This document shows positions 38,896 to 51,996 of a DNA stretch of 64,000 nt, in pieces (the first letter of the stretch is position 1; every line of letters begins with the position of its first letter). This DNA comes from Felis catus (taxonomy: Eukaryota), in the NCBI RefSeq assembly GCF_018350175.1, contig NC_058368.1:229030001-229094000 (forward strand). Reading direction: 5' to 3'. A program made the translations under genes and the position numbers. The notes under the pieces were generated by a model. The model was not told the DNA's origin and made no database searches. It saw nothing but the letters and a program-made list of their open reading frames with translations.

Positions 38896-39494
38896 AAGTC
38901 CGTTCTCAAAGAAGACAGAATAAGGGGATAGAGCCATCGGCAAGCCCCAGTGCTTTTGCAGTCAGAGTACATGAAGTATTAATCCACCTGTGACATAGTT
39001 TCCACCTGCAGGATAATCTCCCAGTACCTGTACCCAGATCCAGTGCAGGTTAATCCTCTTATCTCATTAACATCTGCCTGGATCTTACACATCTTTTGCA
39101 ACAGCTCAGACAGTTTTGGCACAAGATATCATGTGGTATTTACACACTATTCAGGGTGAGTGCCAGACCTCAGCTATTTCCTGAACTAACTAGTGGCTTC
39201 TGGACATCTGGTAATGTAGTTGGAGGGAAGTCCTATGAGTGACCTGGAGCTATGGACAGAACAACTTTGACAAACCTGTGCTGGGAAGGGAGAAAATTAC
39301 ATCACTGATATGCAAACAGGGCTGGTCCCGGGGATGAACTTAGCCCTCCACTAGCAGTTAGGAACACACAGTGAAGACACATGTGTATGGAGAGTCTACG
39401 TCACCACAATTTGCATGACTAACCATTCATCTCCTACTTCCATTCTTAGGTCCCGTGCATCAATCATAGCTTTAATTTCTCTAAGAATTTTATT

Positions 39495-39703
39495 TTTAGT
39501 TTTTTAATGTTTATTTATTTATTTTGTGAGAGAGTGTGATCAGGGGAGGGGCAGAGAGAGGGAGAGAGAGAATCCCAAGCAGCCTCCACACTGTGAGCAC
39601 AGAGGCCCACGTGGGCTTCAGTCCCAGGAACCATGCATGAGCTCATGACCTGAGCCAAAATCAAGAGTCAGATGTTCAACCGACTGAGTCAGCCAGGCAT
39701 CCC
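39495..39703 (-). mobile_element. Can-SINE
   Basis: Full antisense SINE. Confidence 0.92.
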
Positions 39704-40856
39704 TCTAACAATGTTTAGACAGATTATAGAAGATAGGCAAATTGACACAGACACATTTGTCTTCCTCGGGAAGCTAATTAAGTTATTGCTAAGCTGCTAA
39801 ATCAGAGCCCTATTTTATGCTTTTTAGTGACATAATATTAACAAAGTATTCAGCTATTTTTCTATTCACCTCACAATCAGAATATTAGCTGATTAACAAA
39901 AGATTGGGTATCGCTCTGAATTTTAAATGCTTGCTAATCTCTTTTTGTTTTCCCTGTGATTTGGGCAAAAATTCCTAACTCTGAGGATTTAAAAGATTAA
40001 AGATTACAAGCTTCAACTGATAATAAATAATTATCTCTTTTGCCCCAAATTATGTACGTTCTCTTTAATTAACTAAATATATGTGATATGCAGTCTCTGT
40101 TGATTTTCAAAAAAATATTCAAACTCTAAAATTTTTCAAATATTTTTAACTAAACATATAATATGGTAACATGGCACACAAAAGGAATCTTTGTTCCCAA
40201 TATTGAAAGACCCATCTCTTTCTTTCTATAAGTACCCAAGAAAATTCAGCTTGATTAATTAAATACATTTTTTAATGCTGCATATAATTCTCAACTCAAT
40301 GTGATTCATCATCTAAATTTTAATTCCTGCCATTCAGGCCAGATGCATGGTTGATAATTCAGCATAAATTAACATTCATGTGTATTTAACAAATTCCAAA
40401 CAATTTCTGGTGCATCTTTCCTCACCATAACATTTACCACTTACGCCAACAGTTCATATTCTTTTATTATACAGTAAGGATGGTTACGTTGAATTTTCTT
40501 CCTCTTCTGGCTACTAGTTGAACAAGTACTTAATATGCAAAAATACATCTGTATAAGCAAACATGAAACTATGTACACAATATGTTCTTTAGTAATAACA
40601 GCAAGTTCAAAACAGACTCTATGTATCCATCTGTCTATAATTCTATTTTAGTCAAAACAGAAAAATAAAAAAAAATGTGCTTATCTTGCAGGGAAAGAGA
40701 GAGAGAGAAACAAAGAGAGAAAGAGACAAGATTTCTGTTCTACCACCTCCTACGGCACATCTAGGATGGCTCTGTTTCAGTCTAGAAGCTGGCTGGTGGG
40801 ATGCAGGTTGTTGGTCGGGTTCAGGTTTGTGACATATGTGTTCATGGATACAGTAT

Positions 40857-41639
40857 TGTGGGGAATAAGCTTAGAAATTCCCTGGGCTTATACCAATGGG
40901 TTAACAAGTCACAAAGAATTACAAAGCCATAGGATGCTCTCACCTAGTCTTGGGTAAACAAGATAAGACCCCTAGAATAAAGTAGGGAGGGGCCAAGCCC
41001 CCAGAATAGAGAAGGAGGGGCAGAGTCCCCAGAACAGAGAGGGGGGCAAAGGTCCCCAATATAAAGGTATATGAGGTAAGCAAGTAGGCATTCAAGGCAA
41101 AAACGCCCTCCCAATTTAGTACTATAGCAGAAAGCTACTTCCACAGGAAGGAAGGACCGAGTTATGTAAACAGGTAAATAGGGCTATAGACTGTTGCTCT
41201 GTGCTGCAGGTAAAGCAGCCCAGAGCAGAGATGATTAACAAAAGAGAGGTGTTTTGTTAACCCTGAGGTCACATACCCTACCTGTCTCATCCCCTAGGCT
41301 AGCTAAGATAAACAGGTGGTGCCTCATGTACCCCGTAAAGAACCTTCAGCCCAGCTGCCCAGGGACAGGATTTTGTTTTGTATTAACCCAGATCCCTAAC
41401 CGCAAATATCTTCGTGACCCCCTTTCCCTCACATCCATGAGTTAATGTTCACAATTTCATTGTCTCTTTGCACATGTCCATCACCATGTTTGTAAGCCTT
41501 CTGGTCCTAATAAAAATGGGGCAAGGACCCTTATTTGGGACTCTTGTCTTTTCTTGGACATTAGCCATCACTCGAATTTTAATCCTGCATCCCCTTTCTT
41601 GCTAGACAAGAAAGAACTTTAGACCCAGTGTCTACGACT
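40857..41639 (+). mobile_element. ERV solo LTR (ERVK/class II-like), copy A
   Basis: Starts tgtggggaataagc, AATAAA at 41509-41514, ends tctacgact; colinear with the reverse complement of 59489-60313; flanks cagtat/ctatat. Confidence 0.88.
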
Positions 41640-42275
41640 CTATATTAGTTTCCTTTAGAGTCTTAGGGGTCAGCAGCCCAAACCTCCAGGTGTTGACAGG
41701 GCTGTGACCCTTCCACAATCTCTAGGGAGAACGTTCGCTAGCTTGTTCTGATTTTTAAAGTTCACTCACATTCCTTGGCTAGGGATTGCTTCCCTGTATC
41801 TCTCCAACCTCTACAACTATCATCACATCTTCATTCTCTCTCTTGTCTCTCTATTCTGCTTTCTCCTTATGAAGACCATTGTGAGTAGATTTACTCCATC
41901 CAGATAATTCCAGATTATCTTCCCATCTCAAGATGCTTAACTTGGGGCGCCTGGATGGCTCATTAAGTTAAGCTTCCGACGTCATCTCAGGTCATGATCT
42001 CACAGCTTTTGAGTTTGAGCCCCATGTTGGTCTCTGTGCTGACAGGTCAGAGTCTGGAGCCTGCTTCAGATTCTGGGTCTCCCTCTCTCTCTGCCCCTCC
42101 CTAGCTTGCGCTCTGCCTCTCTCTCAAAAATAAATAAATGTTTTAAAAAAATTAAAAAAAGATGCTTAACTTTATCACATCAGCAAAATTCCTTTTGTTA
42201 TATAACAAATCTACATTTTCTGGGGTTTCGGATGTAGATGTCTTTGGGGACCCTTTATTATGCCTTCTTACCACA
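41640..42275 (-). mobile_element. MaLR LTR (MLT1C/D-like), split by a SINE
   Basis: tattagtttcc, ctctagggagaa, cattccttggct, cccatctcaagatgcttaac...atcacatc. Confidence 0.75.
41944..42158 (+). mobile_element. Can-SINE
   Basis: Perfect TSD aagatgcttaactt at 41930-41943 and 42159-42172. Confidence 0.96.
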
Positions 42276-43088
42276 GAATGCCAAACTACTTGGGGATTTT
42301 ATTCTTTGGAAGACTCACTTGAAGGTAAGAGGCAAGTCAAACCAGGTGAGTCCATTTGAAGCCTAGGTTCACATCTTATGCAATGACATTCCATCCACCA
42401 AAGGAAGCCACATAGCCAAACTCCACATCATTGGTGGGGGCAAGTATCATTGGCCCAGAGTTAGAAAACACCATATGAAAACCATATGTGGTTGCAGTCT
42501 ATTTTGTAGTGTAGAACAAAATCTTCTCATTATATAAATAGCCAAAAAGAAACCAGCATCATACCTCCGAAGAATTGTACTTCTGCTCAAATTTTCGTGT
42601 TGGGTATATTCACTTCCTTATGGGTAATACCTGTGGGAAAATATAATTCTCTTGTTTTCTGACTTTCTGGAGCAGTGTCCTCATTTACAGAGGAGGAAGA
42701 TGAACAAAAGACAAGATATAAGCGATCCTGCAAAACAGATGATATACTTTGGAAAACTTTCTCTTCTGAGTCTACTCAATACCAGTTCAGTGTAAGTTTG
42801 AGCAAACAAGTCTACGGGACAATACCCAGGGGTCTTCTAGGACCTAGCTAGGGAAAGGCTTCCATGTTCTGCTTCACTTCCTGAGAAATGCTCTCTAAAC
42901 AAGCCAAACGTGCAAACTTTAATAATTTGATGTATGGACTTCTGAACAGATATCTCATGCTACACACTGAAAATTATTTTTATAGAAATCTGTCTAATTA
43001 GGAAACCTTGCCAAATATTGCTATAGTATCATTTATGGAGTGTAACAACTATAGTTCAAAGTGACATATTATTCTAAAGAGGTTAAAA

Positions 43089-43291
43089 TTTTTTTTAATG
43101 TTTATTTATTTTTGATAGAGACAGAGCATGAGTGGGGGAGGGGCAGAGAGAGAAGGAGACACAGAATCCAAAGTAGGCTCCAGGCTCTGAGCTGTCCACA
43201 CTGAGCCTGACCTGGGGCTTGAGCTCATGAACATTGAGATCATGACCTGAGCTAAAAAGTCAGACGTCTAACCAACTGAGCCACCCAGGCA
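43089..43291 (-). mobile_element. Can-SINE
   Basis: Perfect 18-bp TSD attctaaagaggttaaaa at 43071-43088 and 43292-43309. Confidence 0.96.
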
Positions 43292-44429
43292 ATTCTAAAG
43301 AGGTTAAAAAGTGATTATATTTTAAGATGGACTTTAGCAATTTTTTAAGAAGCCAGGCAGCCAGTACTCTCATATAACTTGAGAAATTAATATTTATCCA
43401 ATACACTCTGGCATTTTCCATTACAAGATTTGAAGAAAGAGATTGAAGATTTTTGTACATTCTAAAGAAATAGATCATTGAGACTTCCATAGAGTAAACT
43501 AGTCAAACTAATTTCACAAAGGTCATCTTGATGTAGTAACAGCTGTACTTTGAAAAATATTTTTGCCCAGCCTTATCTTCGGGCCCTTAGAGTAGAGATT
43601 TTCACAAAATAATTTTGCTTATGGGGTGATACATCCAGAGCCTAACTAGAGCCAAAATTGCTGCTGGTTTCAGCTGTTATGTTACTGCTGGAGCCTTTCA
43701 TGGGAATATCACTTTCTGATTTTCAATTGCATTTTTAAAATTTCTTGTCTTAAATTGCATCTGGCATTTTATTTTTGAATAGGTAGGCAGTATTATTAAA
43801 ATGGAGAGGGAATACCCTGATCATCACATATAAAAAAAGAAATCAATCAGTTTGAATCAGTTCTATTAAATTAAGAAACATTTAAAATAATATATGAAAC
43901 CTACTTTAGAAGAAAAATATACCATATTTCTAAATATAAAACACATTTCACTAAGCATAATGAACAAGTCTCAATGAAGAGAAAATTATTGTAATCACAC
44001 AGGGTATAGTCTCTGACTAGAAGTCTTATATATTTACCTATTTATTATTTATCTATACATAACATTTCCATAATTATATCAAGGGAGCACCAGCTAGATT
44101 CTTCTATGTTTACAAATGATGTCCCTTTTAATGTCTTGTTGGCAGAAACACAGATTAGGTGCTTTACTGTTTCATTTATCATTTGGACTATCTTCTAAAA
44201 TATAAATTTAAAATTGGTTACTACAAAATTAGTTAAGTTTGATTTAGTCCAAAAGGAATAAAATGAATCTTTACTCTTTATGCTCCCCTTGTCCTAATAA
44301 TAACATTTCTGAATGTTTGCTTAACTAAGACCAAGAAATATTAATTTTTAATTATTACTAAAGAAAATAAAAAAATAAATGTTCTCAGGTGTCTAGGTGA
44401 CAAGAAGGAAACTTAACTTTAACTTAGGA

Positions 44430-44635
44430 ATCAAAGTCTCACAACACAGAAAAGCCCATGACCACGTGGTTGAATTCACCACATTGGTGAATTCTACCAA
44501 ACAATTAAAACAAAAAATTAATGACAATCTTCATCAAAATCTTACAAATAAAGGAATAGAGGAAACACATTCAAAATCATTCCATGAGGCCAGTTCTACT
44601 CTGATACCAAAGCAGGATAAAAACAATACAATAAC
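44430..44635 (+). mobile_element. Old L1 ORF2 fragment (just upstream of the RT domain)
   Basis: ggtgaattctaccaaaca...catgaggccagttctactctgataccaaag; the ORF track gives SFHEASSTLIPKQDK, similar to L1 ORF2 SFYEASITLIPKPDK. Confidence 0.8.
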
Positions 44636-44637
44636 CC

Positions 44638-45290
44638 AAAGTCCAGTTTGTCCGATATACATATTGCTACTCTGACTTTCTTTGGACATCCATTTGTGTG
44701 GTAAGTGTTTCCTCACCCCCTTGCTGTCAATCTGTATGTATCTTTAGGTCTAAAATGAGCCTTTTGTAGGCAGCATATAGATGGGTCTTATTTTTTTGTT
44801 TTTATTATTTGTTTTTAATCCATCAGAATGGACTCCCTATGTCTTTTGATTTGAGCATTTAGTCCATTTACATCAAAGTAATTATTGATATATACGTATT
44901 TATTGCCATTTTATTACTTGTTTTGTCATTGTTTCTAGAGCTGTCCTCTGATCCTTTCTTGTCTTTGTCACTTTTAGTCTCTCCTTTGCACTCAAAGAGT
45001 CCCCTTTAATGTTTCTTGCAGGGCTGGTGTAGTGGTCACTAATTCTTCTGTTTTTTATTTGTCTGGTAAACTATTTATCTTTCCTTCTATTCTGAATTAT
45101 ATCTTGCTGGATAGAGTATTCTTGTCTACAGATTTTTCCCATTCGGCACTTTGAAGATATGCCACTCCCTTCTGGTCTGCCACGTTTTTGTTGAGAAATC
45201 TCCATTTGGCCCTATGGGTTTTCCCTTGTAAGTTAAGGACTTCTTTTGTCTTGGTGATTTTAACATTTTTTCTTTATCACTATATTTTGC
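44638..45290 (-). mobile_element. L1: ORF1 3' half through the start of the ORF2 endonuclease
   Basis: The ORF track gives AKYSDKEKMLKSPRQKKSLTYKGKPI...DFSTKTWQTRREW (L1 ORF1p C-terminal region); gtaggcagcatatagatggg is the antisense EN motif. Confidence 0.9.
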
Positions 45291-46091
45291 CTCTGCAGAC
45301 AACTTGCCTAAGGATAGAGCAGCCAAAACACTGCAGCAAAGCAAATGCCACACAACACATCACAGACATCCCCTGAAGCACCAGGTCCTAGGAATTACAT
45401 GCCCTCTTCCTCATAAGACCATTACTTTCAGGATCAGGAGACATAAGTGGCTTTTCTAATACAGAGAAGGAAGCAAAGACTGAGACAAAATGCCAAGATG
45501 GAGGAATTTATCTCAAATGAAAGAACAAGATGAGGCCATGGCCAGAGATCTAGGCAAAACAGATATAAGTAACATGCCCGATGGAGAATTTAAAGCAACA
45601 ATAATAAGGATACTCACTGGACTTGAGAAAAGAATAGAAGACATCAGTGGACCCTTACCACAGAGATAAAGCAGTTGAAAAAGAATCAATGAGATGAAGA
45701 ATGCAATAAGTGAGATTATAAAGGCTTGATGCAATGAACAGCAGGCTGGAAAAAGCACAGGAACAAATGAGTTTTCTAGAGGAGAAAATAATGGAAAAAA
45801 ATTGAAGCTGAACAAAAGAGAGAAAGAAGAATTATGCAACACGAGAATAGACTTCAGGAACTCATGTCTCCATCAAACATAATGACATATGTATTATAGG
45901 AGTCCCAGAAGAAGAAGAGAGAAAGGGGGACAGAAGTTTTATTTGAGGAAATTATAGCTGAAAACTTCCCTAACCTAGGGAAGGAAGCAGACATCCAGAT
46001 CCGGGAGGCACAGAAAACTCCCATCACAATCAACAAAAGCAGGCCAACACCAAAACATAGTGTAACTAAATTTGCAAAATGTAGTGGTAAA
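45291..46091 (+). mobile_element. L1: 5'UTR end plus ORF1 5' half (inverted segment of the same element)
   Basis: ATG at 45490 reads MPRWRNLSQMKEQ...DISNMPDGEFKATIIRILTGLEKRIEDI; later iigvpeeee and [18 protein letters not shown] motifs; frameshifted. Confidence 0.9.
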
Positions 46092-46098
46092 CATGAAG

Positions 46099-46154
<56 letters not shown>

Positions 46155-46229
46155 ATATATATACACACACATATATACATATATGTATATATATACATAT
46201 ATGTATATATATATGTATACATATATATA
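46099..46229. repeat. Compound (TA)n/(TATG)/(CA) microsatellite
   Basis: Read directly. Confidence 0.95.
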
Positions 46230-46889
46230 ATAACATTAATCGTTAATTGTTAATAATGGTATGTATTGGCCATGTTTATTAGACTTGTTTTGTTGTTGGT
46301 TATTTCGTTTTGCTTATATGCATTTGGGGATAAACCAAAATTCATAACATTAAACTATTAAAGTTCATTTTAAAACATGAGTTTCCATATCCATACAAGA
46401 CATATCCTATTTTAAAGTAGAAAGGTATGTAAGGATGCTGAGTGAAGGTGATGGGACAGGACAAGGGAACAGAGTTCTAGAAATACGAAGCATAGTTCTG
46501 GTTCTATTCTCCTTTCCTGCCAGCAATATGATGTTGGATTCCTATGAACCAAGTGGCTCCTGAGACCCAGGCATCTAGATGTATCTGCATCCCAACAAGG
46601 GGATTGTCCACAGTTTTCACCTCATTGGCTGAGAAAATTCTCAATAACAGGGTCAGAAAGGGATAGATTCTGCAATGAGATTGATGATCCTCATTTTTGG
46701 ATAACAACCTCATTCCCATGGAAGTTTTTAATTACACATACTAGGGATTTCAAACCCAGGAAAGGCTGAGAATAAGATAGAATCAGGCTGAGTCTTTCAG
46801 CCTTTTGGAGCTGGAAGAAAACCATCTGATCAGAGAGAAGAGGTCCTTACCCATGTCACATGGTCTGCCACACTTCATATCTCCTGGCC

Positions 46890-47660
46890 ATGTAAGTAAA
46901 TACCACATTTCTAGAATCACAAAGTTAGCAGCCTCAACTGACATGTATTATCCACAGTTTCTGTGGGTCAGGAGTCTGCCCACAGCCTATCTGGGTCCTC
47001 TGCTCAGTCTGACAAGGCTACAGTCAAGACATCTGCTGGGCCATGTTCCTCCACGGAACATAGTGTCCATTCCCCACATCGAGTGGCTGTTGGCAGGAGT
47101 GTCTTGTGGCAGTAAAACCAAGGTTCCCACCTCCTTTGGGCTGTCAGCAGGGGGTTTCCTCACTCTCAGAGGCTGCCTGCAGCTTCCTTCCTACTGGCCC
47201 TCCCACAAATGATCTCACACCAGGGAACTCAGGAAGAGAGCTGGCCCCTTCAAACCTCTGAAAAGGAAGTTTGCATAATTTAAATAATGAGGAGAGTGAC
47301 AATCCCATATGGTTTGTCATATTCTGTTGGCTAAAAGCAATATCGGGGCTCCTGGGTGTCTCAGTCCTTTAAGCCTCTGACTCTTAATTTGGGCTCAGGT
47401 CATGATCTCAGGGTCCTGGGATTGAGCCCTGTGTCGGCTCTGCACTGAGCCTGGAGACTGTTTGGGATTCTCTCTCTCCTTTTCCCTCTGCCTGTCCCCC
47501 CCCACCCACCCCTCCCATGCACATGCGCGCTCTCTCTCAAAGTAAGTCAACATTTACAAAAAGTAAAAGTACTATTTTTTTTAACACAAGTATCAACTTG
47601 TACCTGCACTGAAGGGGAGGGAGTTACTGCAGGTGTGACTTATTGAAGTGTGCCGGCATC
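46890..47660 (-). mobile_element. MaLR LTR (MLT1E/F-like), split by a SINE
   Basis: cacagtttctgtgggtcaggagtctg, tgggtcctctgctcag, catattctgttggctaaaagcaa, aaggggagggagtta. Confidence 0.75.
47345..47570 (+). mobile_element. Can-SINE (older subfamily)
   Basis: ggggctcctgggtgtctcag...ctcagggtcctgggattgagccc. Confidence 0.9.
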
Positions 47661-48969
47661 AGTTAAATGTCTAAAGTGTTGTTTGCTGTTCATCTTCCAG
47701 CCCGTGAATCTAGGCATAAACCAAAAGCTTGAAAAAGTGGAATGCATACTACAGAAGATAAAAGGATTTCGAGATATAAAAGAGCCATAGCATAAAAGCA
47801 TGAAAATATAAGTGATAGATAAAATGTAATGATAACAGAGAAATATTTCCCTCTTTCAGAATTAAAGACATAAGAGTTAGCAAATAATTCAGATTCATGT
47901 AATGCCTTAGGAGTCCAGGAAAAGAGAAGGCATCTATAAATAGAAAGGAAAATGATTTGCAAATTTACATGGGAAAATTGGAAATGAAGAGCGATGATCC
48001 AACCAGAGAAAAAAGAGAAAACAGTGGCAAAAATAAATAAATGTCCCAAATAAGCTCACAGAAATCAAAGCATAGAAGTTGACACCCTACATGTTAATGT
48101 TCTGAACACTTCCATATGACAGAATGCCATGAAAACATAATATTAATAACCAGAAAATGTACTTATCCCATTAAAAATAACAACCCATTTGCAGCAGACT
48201 TAAAATAGGTTGAACATAAAGAGGCAAGTAAAGAGACAGGCAGATGCTAACAAAGAGAAGGCAAAAGAGACACTGGAACTTAAAGTGGGGAGAGCAGGGA
48301 ATCCTCTGGTACAGATGTGATCAAATTGAGAAGATATAGGTCATCTCTGCTTTTTGGTGCAGGAATGTCACAAAGTGTAAGACTTCGGCTATATTCATTA
48401 GTGTCCGGATATTATGGGGAGTATTTGAGTGTGTGAGGGTTGTGACAATTGAAAAATATGACTGGGGAAGGACTTGTTTGTTCTGCCTTCTCTTTGTCTT
48501 TTCATTATTAATTTGCAAATGCCATCACATGATCTAAGACTCTGGGGTCTTGAAGTGAACTCTTAAACAAAAAGGATTCAATTCCCCACACCCTAATTAA
48601 AGGAATGTTTTGACTTAAAATGAAGAAGAAGTTGTCCCCAATTGTTGGACACATTTGAAGTTCTCGGTAAAATTATTTATTCATTGACAATTAATAAATT
48701 AAAACTTGGCCTACAGAGCAAATATTGCCTATTTGTTCATAGATTCGCATTATCTATGACTATAACCAAGAGCTTAATCGAACTTGAATGAATTACAATG
48801 ACTTTAATTCCCCTCCCTGCCTCACTGGGTATTTCTGGAGGACCACCCATTCTACTCTGATATTGGCAATTTCTGTCTCAATTTTTATTTAGCTTTAGTA
48901 CACAACAGATAGATGACAATGATAGGGCAGTAGGTACATAGGTAGGTAGACAGATGATGGACAGATGAT

Positions 48970-49016
<47 letters not shown>
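48970..49016. repeat. (GATA)11 tetranucleotide STR
   Basis: Read directly, with degenerate upstream units. Confidence 0.95.
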
Positions 49017-49291
49017 GACAGAGCAAAATGTTTAAAAGACTGAAAGTTATATGTCACTTTCCACTGTTAGTAAATATGTGATAATGTATTATTTTTCCTG
49101 TAGGGCCCCAAAAATGTGAATGATAACATACTTGTGGGCACTATGTTCACTGAAATCATTTTTGCAAAACATCAGTAAACTTACACAGTGTGGAAACAAA
49201 AACTCTCAGAAAGTCAATTCAATAAAAATCAATCAGATATAGTAAAAACACTACAGATATATTGCTTAGATTCACATTGTTAGAATAATGC

Positions 49292-49400
49292 ATTTCTGTA
49301 AATTACTTAACACCTTCTGTCTCACTTGTCTTGTTTCTATAGATGTATAGTAGTACCTACTCATAGGATTATATGTGAGGATTAAATGTGAGTTATTTTT
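49292..49400 (+). mobile_element. MIR fragment
   Basis: aattacttaac...tagtacctactcataggatt...gtgaggattaaatg. Confidence 0.65.
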
Positions 49401-51633
49401 CATTTGAAAATGATCATTGACAAATATTTATTTACCAAAATTACATTCACAACACCTATTTTCATATTTACTGTGACATGGGATATTTTTAACGACCTGT
49501 GATATTTTTAACGTTACCATGTAGCTTAGCATAATTAATATTAGTATAGCATAGCTGAAATCATTTTCCGAGAACAAGCCCAAATGTAGCTAATTTCAGA
49601 ATATAAGACACTGCAAAAATGAGAATTTCTTATATATTTTGAAATTCTAGCATAATACACAGGGCAAGTTTCTTTCTTCTAATACATTTCTGCTCTCCTT
49701 TTTTTCCCCCTAATTTCTTTAGTTACCAATTTACTAGGCCATTATGATGAAAACACTGTTTGGTATGTCTGGAGATTATGACATTTAGAAGCTGAAATAA
49801 ACATGTAATTATCATTTCACTCAACAACACAGACAATTTTGACTAAGCAAGTATGATATTGTTGCTCAAATAAAAGAGGTCCTGGGAAATTGAAACTTCA
49901 AAAGAATTTTCAAATTGTTGTAACTAAATTTGAAGAATAATTTATAACATTAGCTAACCTATGTCAAGTTTTGGTAAAGCAAAATTTTGTTCAATTGGTT
50001 TTCATGAACCAATTAGTGAATTAATGGAGTTCACTAATTTGATTCGGGCAAATAAGTCCAATATCCAGGATTTTACACACACATATGCACAGACACACAC
50101 ACATCCATACACTCAAACCATGCACACTCACAGCATTAGAATAACTAAACTCTAGAAGTGTGAAATGAAACAATTACAAATGAATCACTATCTATGCTCC
50201 TAAAGTACTCATTGTTTAAGAGAAGGTAGTTTCCCCAGTAGTGGGGGTCACATGTATTTTATTCTTTCTCTGCCAGGCACAGAGAGACAAAACCAGGGCA
50301 TTGCTTGGAGAGTTATTGAATGTTTTCCAGTGAGAAAGATCTTAGTTTTAAAATTAATTTCAAATAACTGGTGTAGCAAGGGAAACGTGTGCCTTGTCAT
50401 ATATGATTGGTGACAGATTGCCAAGCACAGCAGCTAATAATTTGATCAAGTAATAGTCACTACAAGAAGACACATAAAAACAGTAAGTAGGCATTGCAGG
50501 TATTGTTTAAAAGATGACTTTTCTAGACCATGAAGGATGCTGCCTAATTCTAGAAATGACTGTAACTACAGTGTGCCTGGTGGCAAAGGTGAAGTTTTAG
50601 AACTTAACCATTGTAATAGATTTAAGAGTGGTATTAGAAAGCATTCAGCATCAAATCGAAGACACACATAATAAAAAATAATAATAATGTAGCAATATTA
50701 TACCTGATTGTAAAACATAATATTACATTTTCAATTTTATGGAGTTAAATTTACCACGGATCTATTTAAAAACTTTAGAAAATGTGTTATCTAAAAATAA
50801 TGGGGGAGGACATGTGTATTTTACTTTTAAATAGTTCATAGTTCAGAAGTATTTCTTAAGTTACATTTTAAAACATATGATTTCAAAGTTTATTTTTGCC
50901 ACTTATTAGCATGTCCCTATATGTTTCCCTTTTTTCAGGACTTATGATGAAAATTAAATACATTTTTTCTGGATTTTTGTAGTACATAATATTTTACTTC
51001 TCATCTCTACTTGTGATATAAACAACTCTATGAAAGAAGAACTGTAAAGGAAGGTGGTTTATTAGAAACTTTTATGAGAGCCTAAATAAAAATCCCTATA
51101 CAAATCTAAGGAACCATAAAATGTTTTGCAATTATGACGCCTTAATCTATAACAATAGAATCTGGTGAGATGAACAAAACAAAATAAACAAAGAAAAAAT
51201 GCCACCCAGTCCACTCTTGGGCACTTGTAATGATGAAGATTTCTTTCCTACTAGAGGTTCATAACCAATGGTGGTTAGGAAAAGGACCGAAGCAAAAATT
51301 CCGCCATTTTGCAACGTTTTTCATGGCATTTCGCAACTGCCAGCTCATGAAAATTGAGCATAGAAAACCAGAGCGCTGGCTCCTGAGTATTTTTGCCTGG
51401 ATGTAACATACCCTCCCACCACAACCCATTGGCCAGTTTTTGGTTATAGAGCACAGCCTCTCTCTCTAAGGGGCTGAGAAATGTGGGAAAACAGGGTTTC
51501 ATTAGTAAACGATACCGGTCTCTGTTACAGTCTTCCCTCCTGGTGTTTAAATACCCTTTTGCATCCTTTTTTTCTATACATAGAACTAACTAGATCCCTG
51601 ACAAGGAAAATAGCCCTAAAGTACTGTCTCATT

Positions 51634-51996
51634 CACTATCAACTGAACATTTGTGTCCTGTCCCCAAAGTTCATAGTTGAAATCTAATACCCCATGGATG
51701 GCATTTGGAGGTGAGGCTTTGGGAGGTACTTGGGCCACGAGGGTGGAACCCATGTGAATGGGGTTAGTGCCCTGATAAAAGAAGTCTGAAGATAATTACT
51801 TTCCCCTTCTACCAGGTGAAGACACACTGAACAGAAGACCATTTGTGAACAAGGAAGCAAGTCCTCACAGGGCGCCACATCTGCTGGAGCCTTGATTTTG
51901 GACATGTCAGCCTTCAGAACTGTGAGAAGTACATGTTTGTCGTTTAAGCCATACAGTCTGTGGTACTGTGTTATAGAAATCCGAACAGACTAAGGA
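51634..51996 (+). mobile_element. MaLR LTR (MLT1A0-like)
   Basis: ttgtgtcctgtccccaaagttcatagttgaaatctaatacccc...cagaactgtgagaa...ccgaacagactaag. Confidence 0.9.

Noticed and set aside
45854..46222. YI/YT-repeat ORFs (also 57908-58429 and 62525-62955)
   Set aside because: Translations of TA-rich microsatellites and adjacent L1
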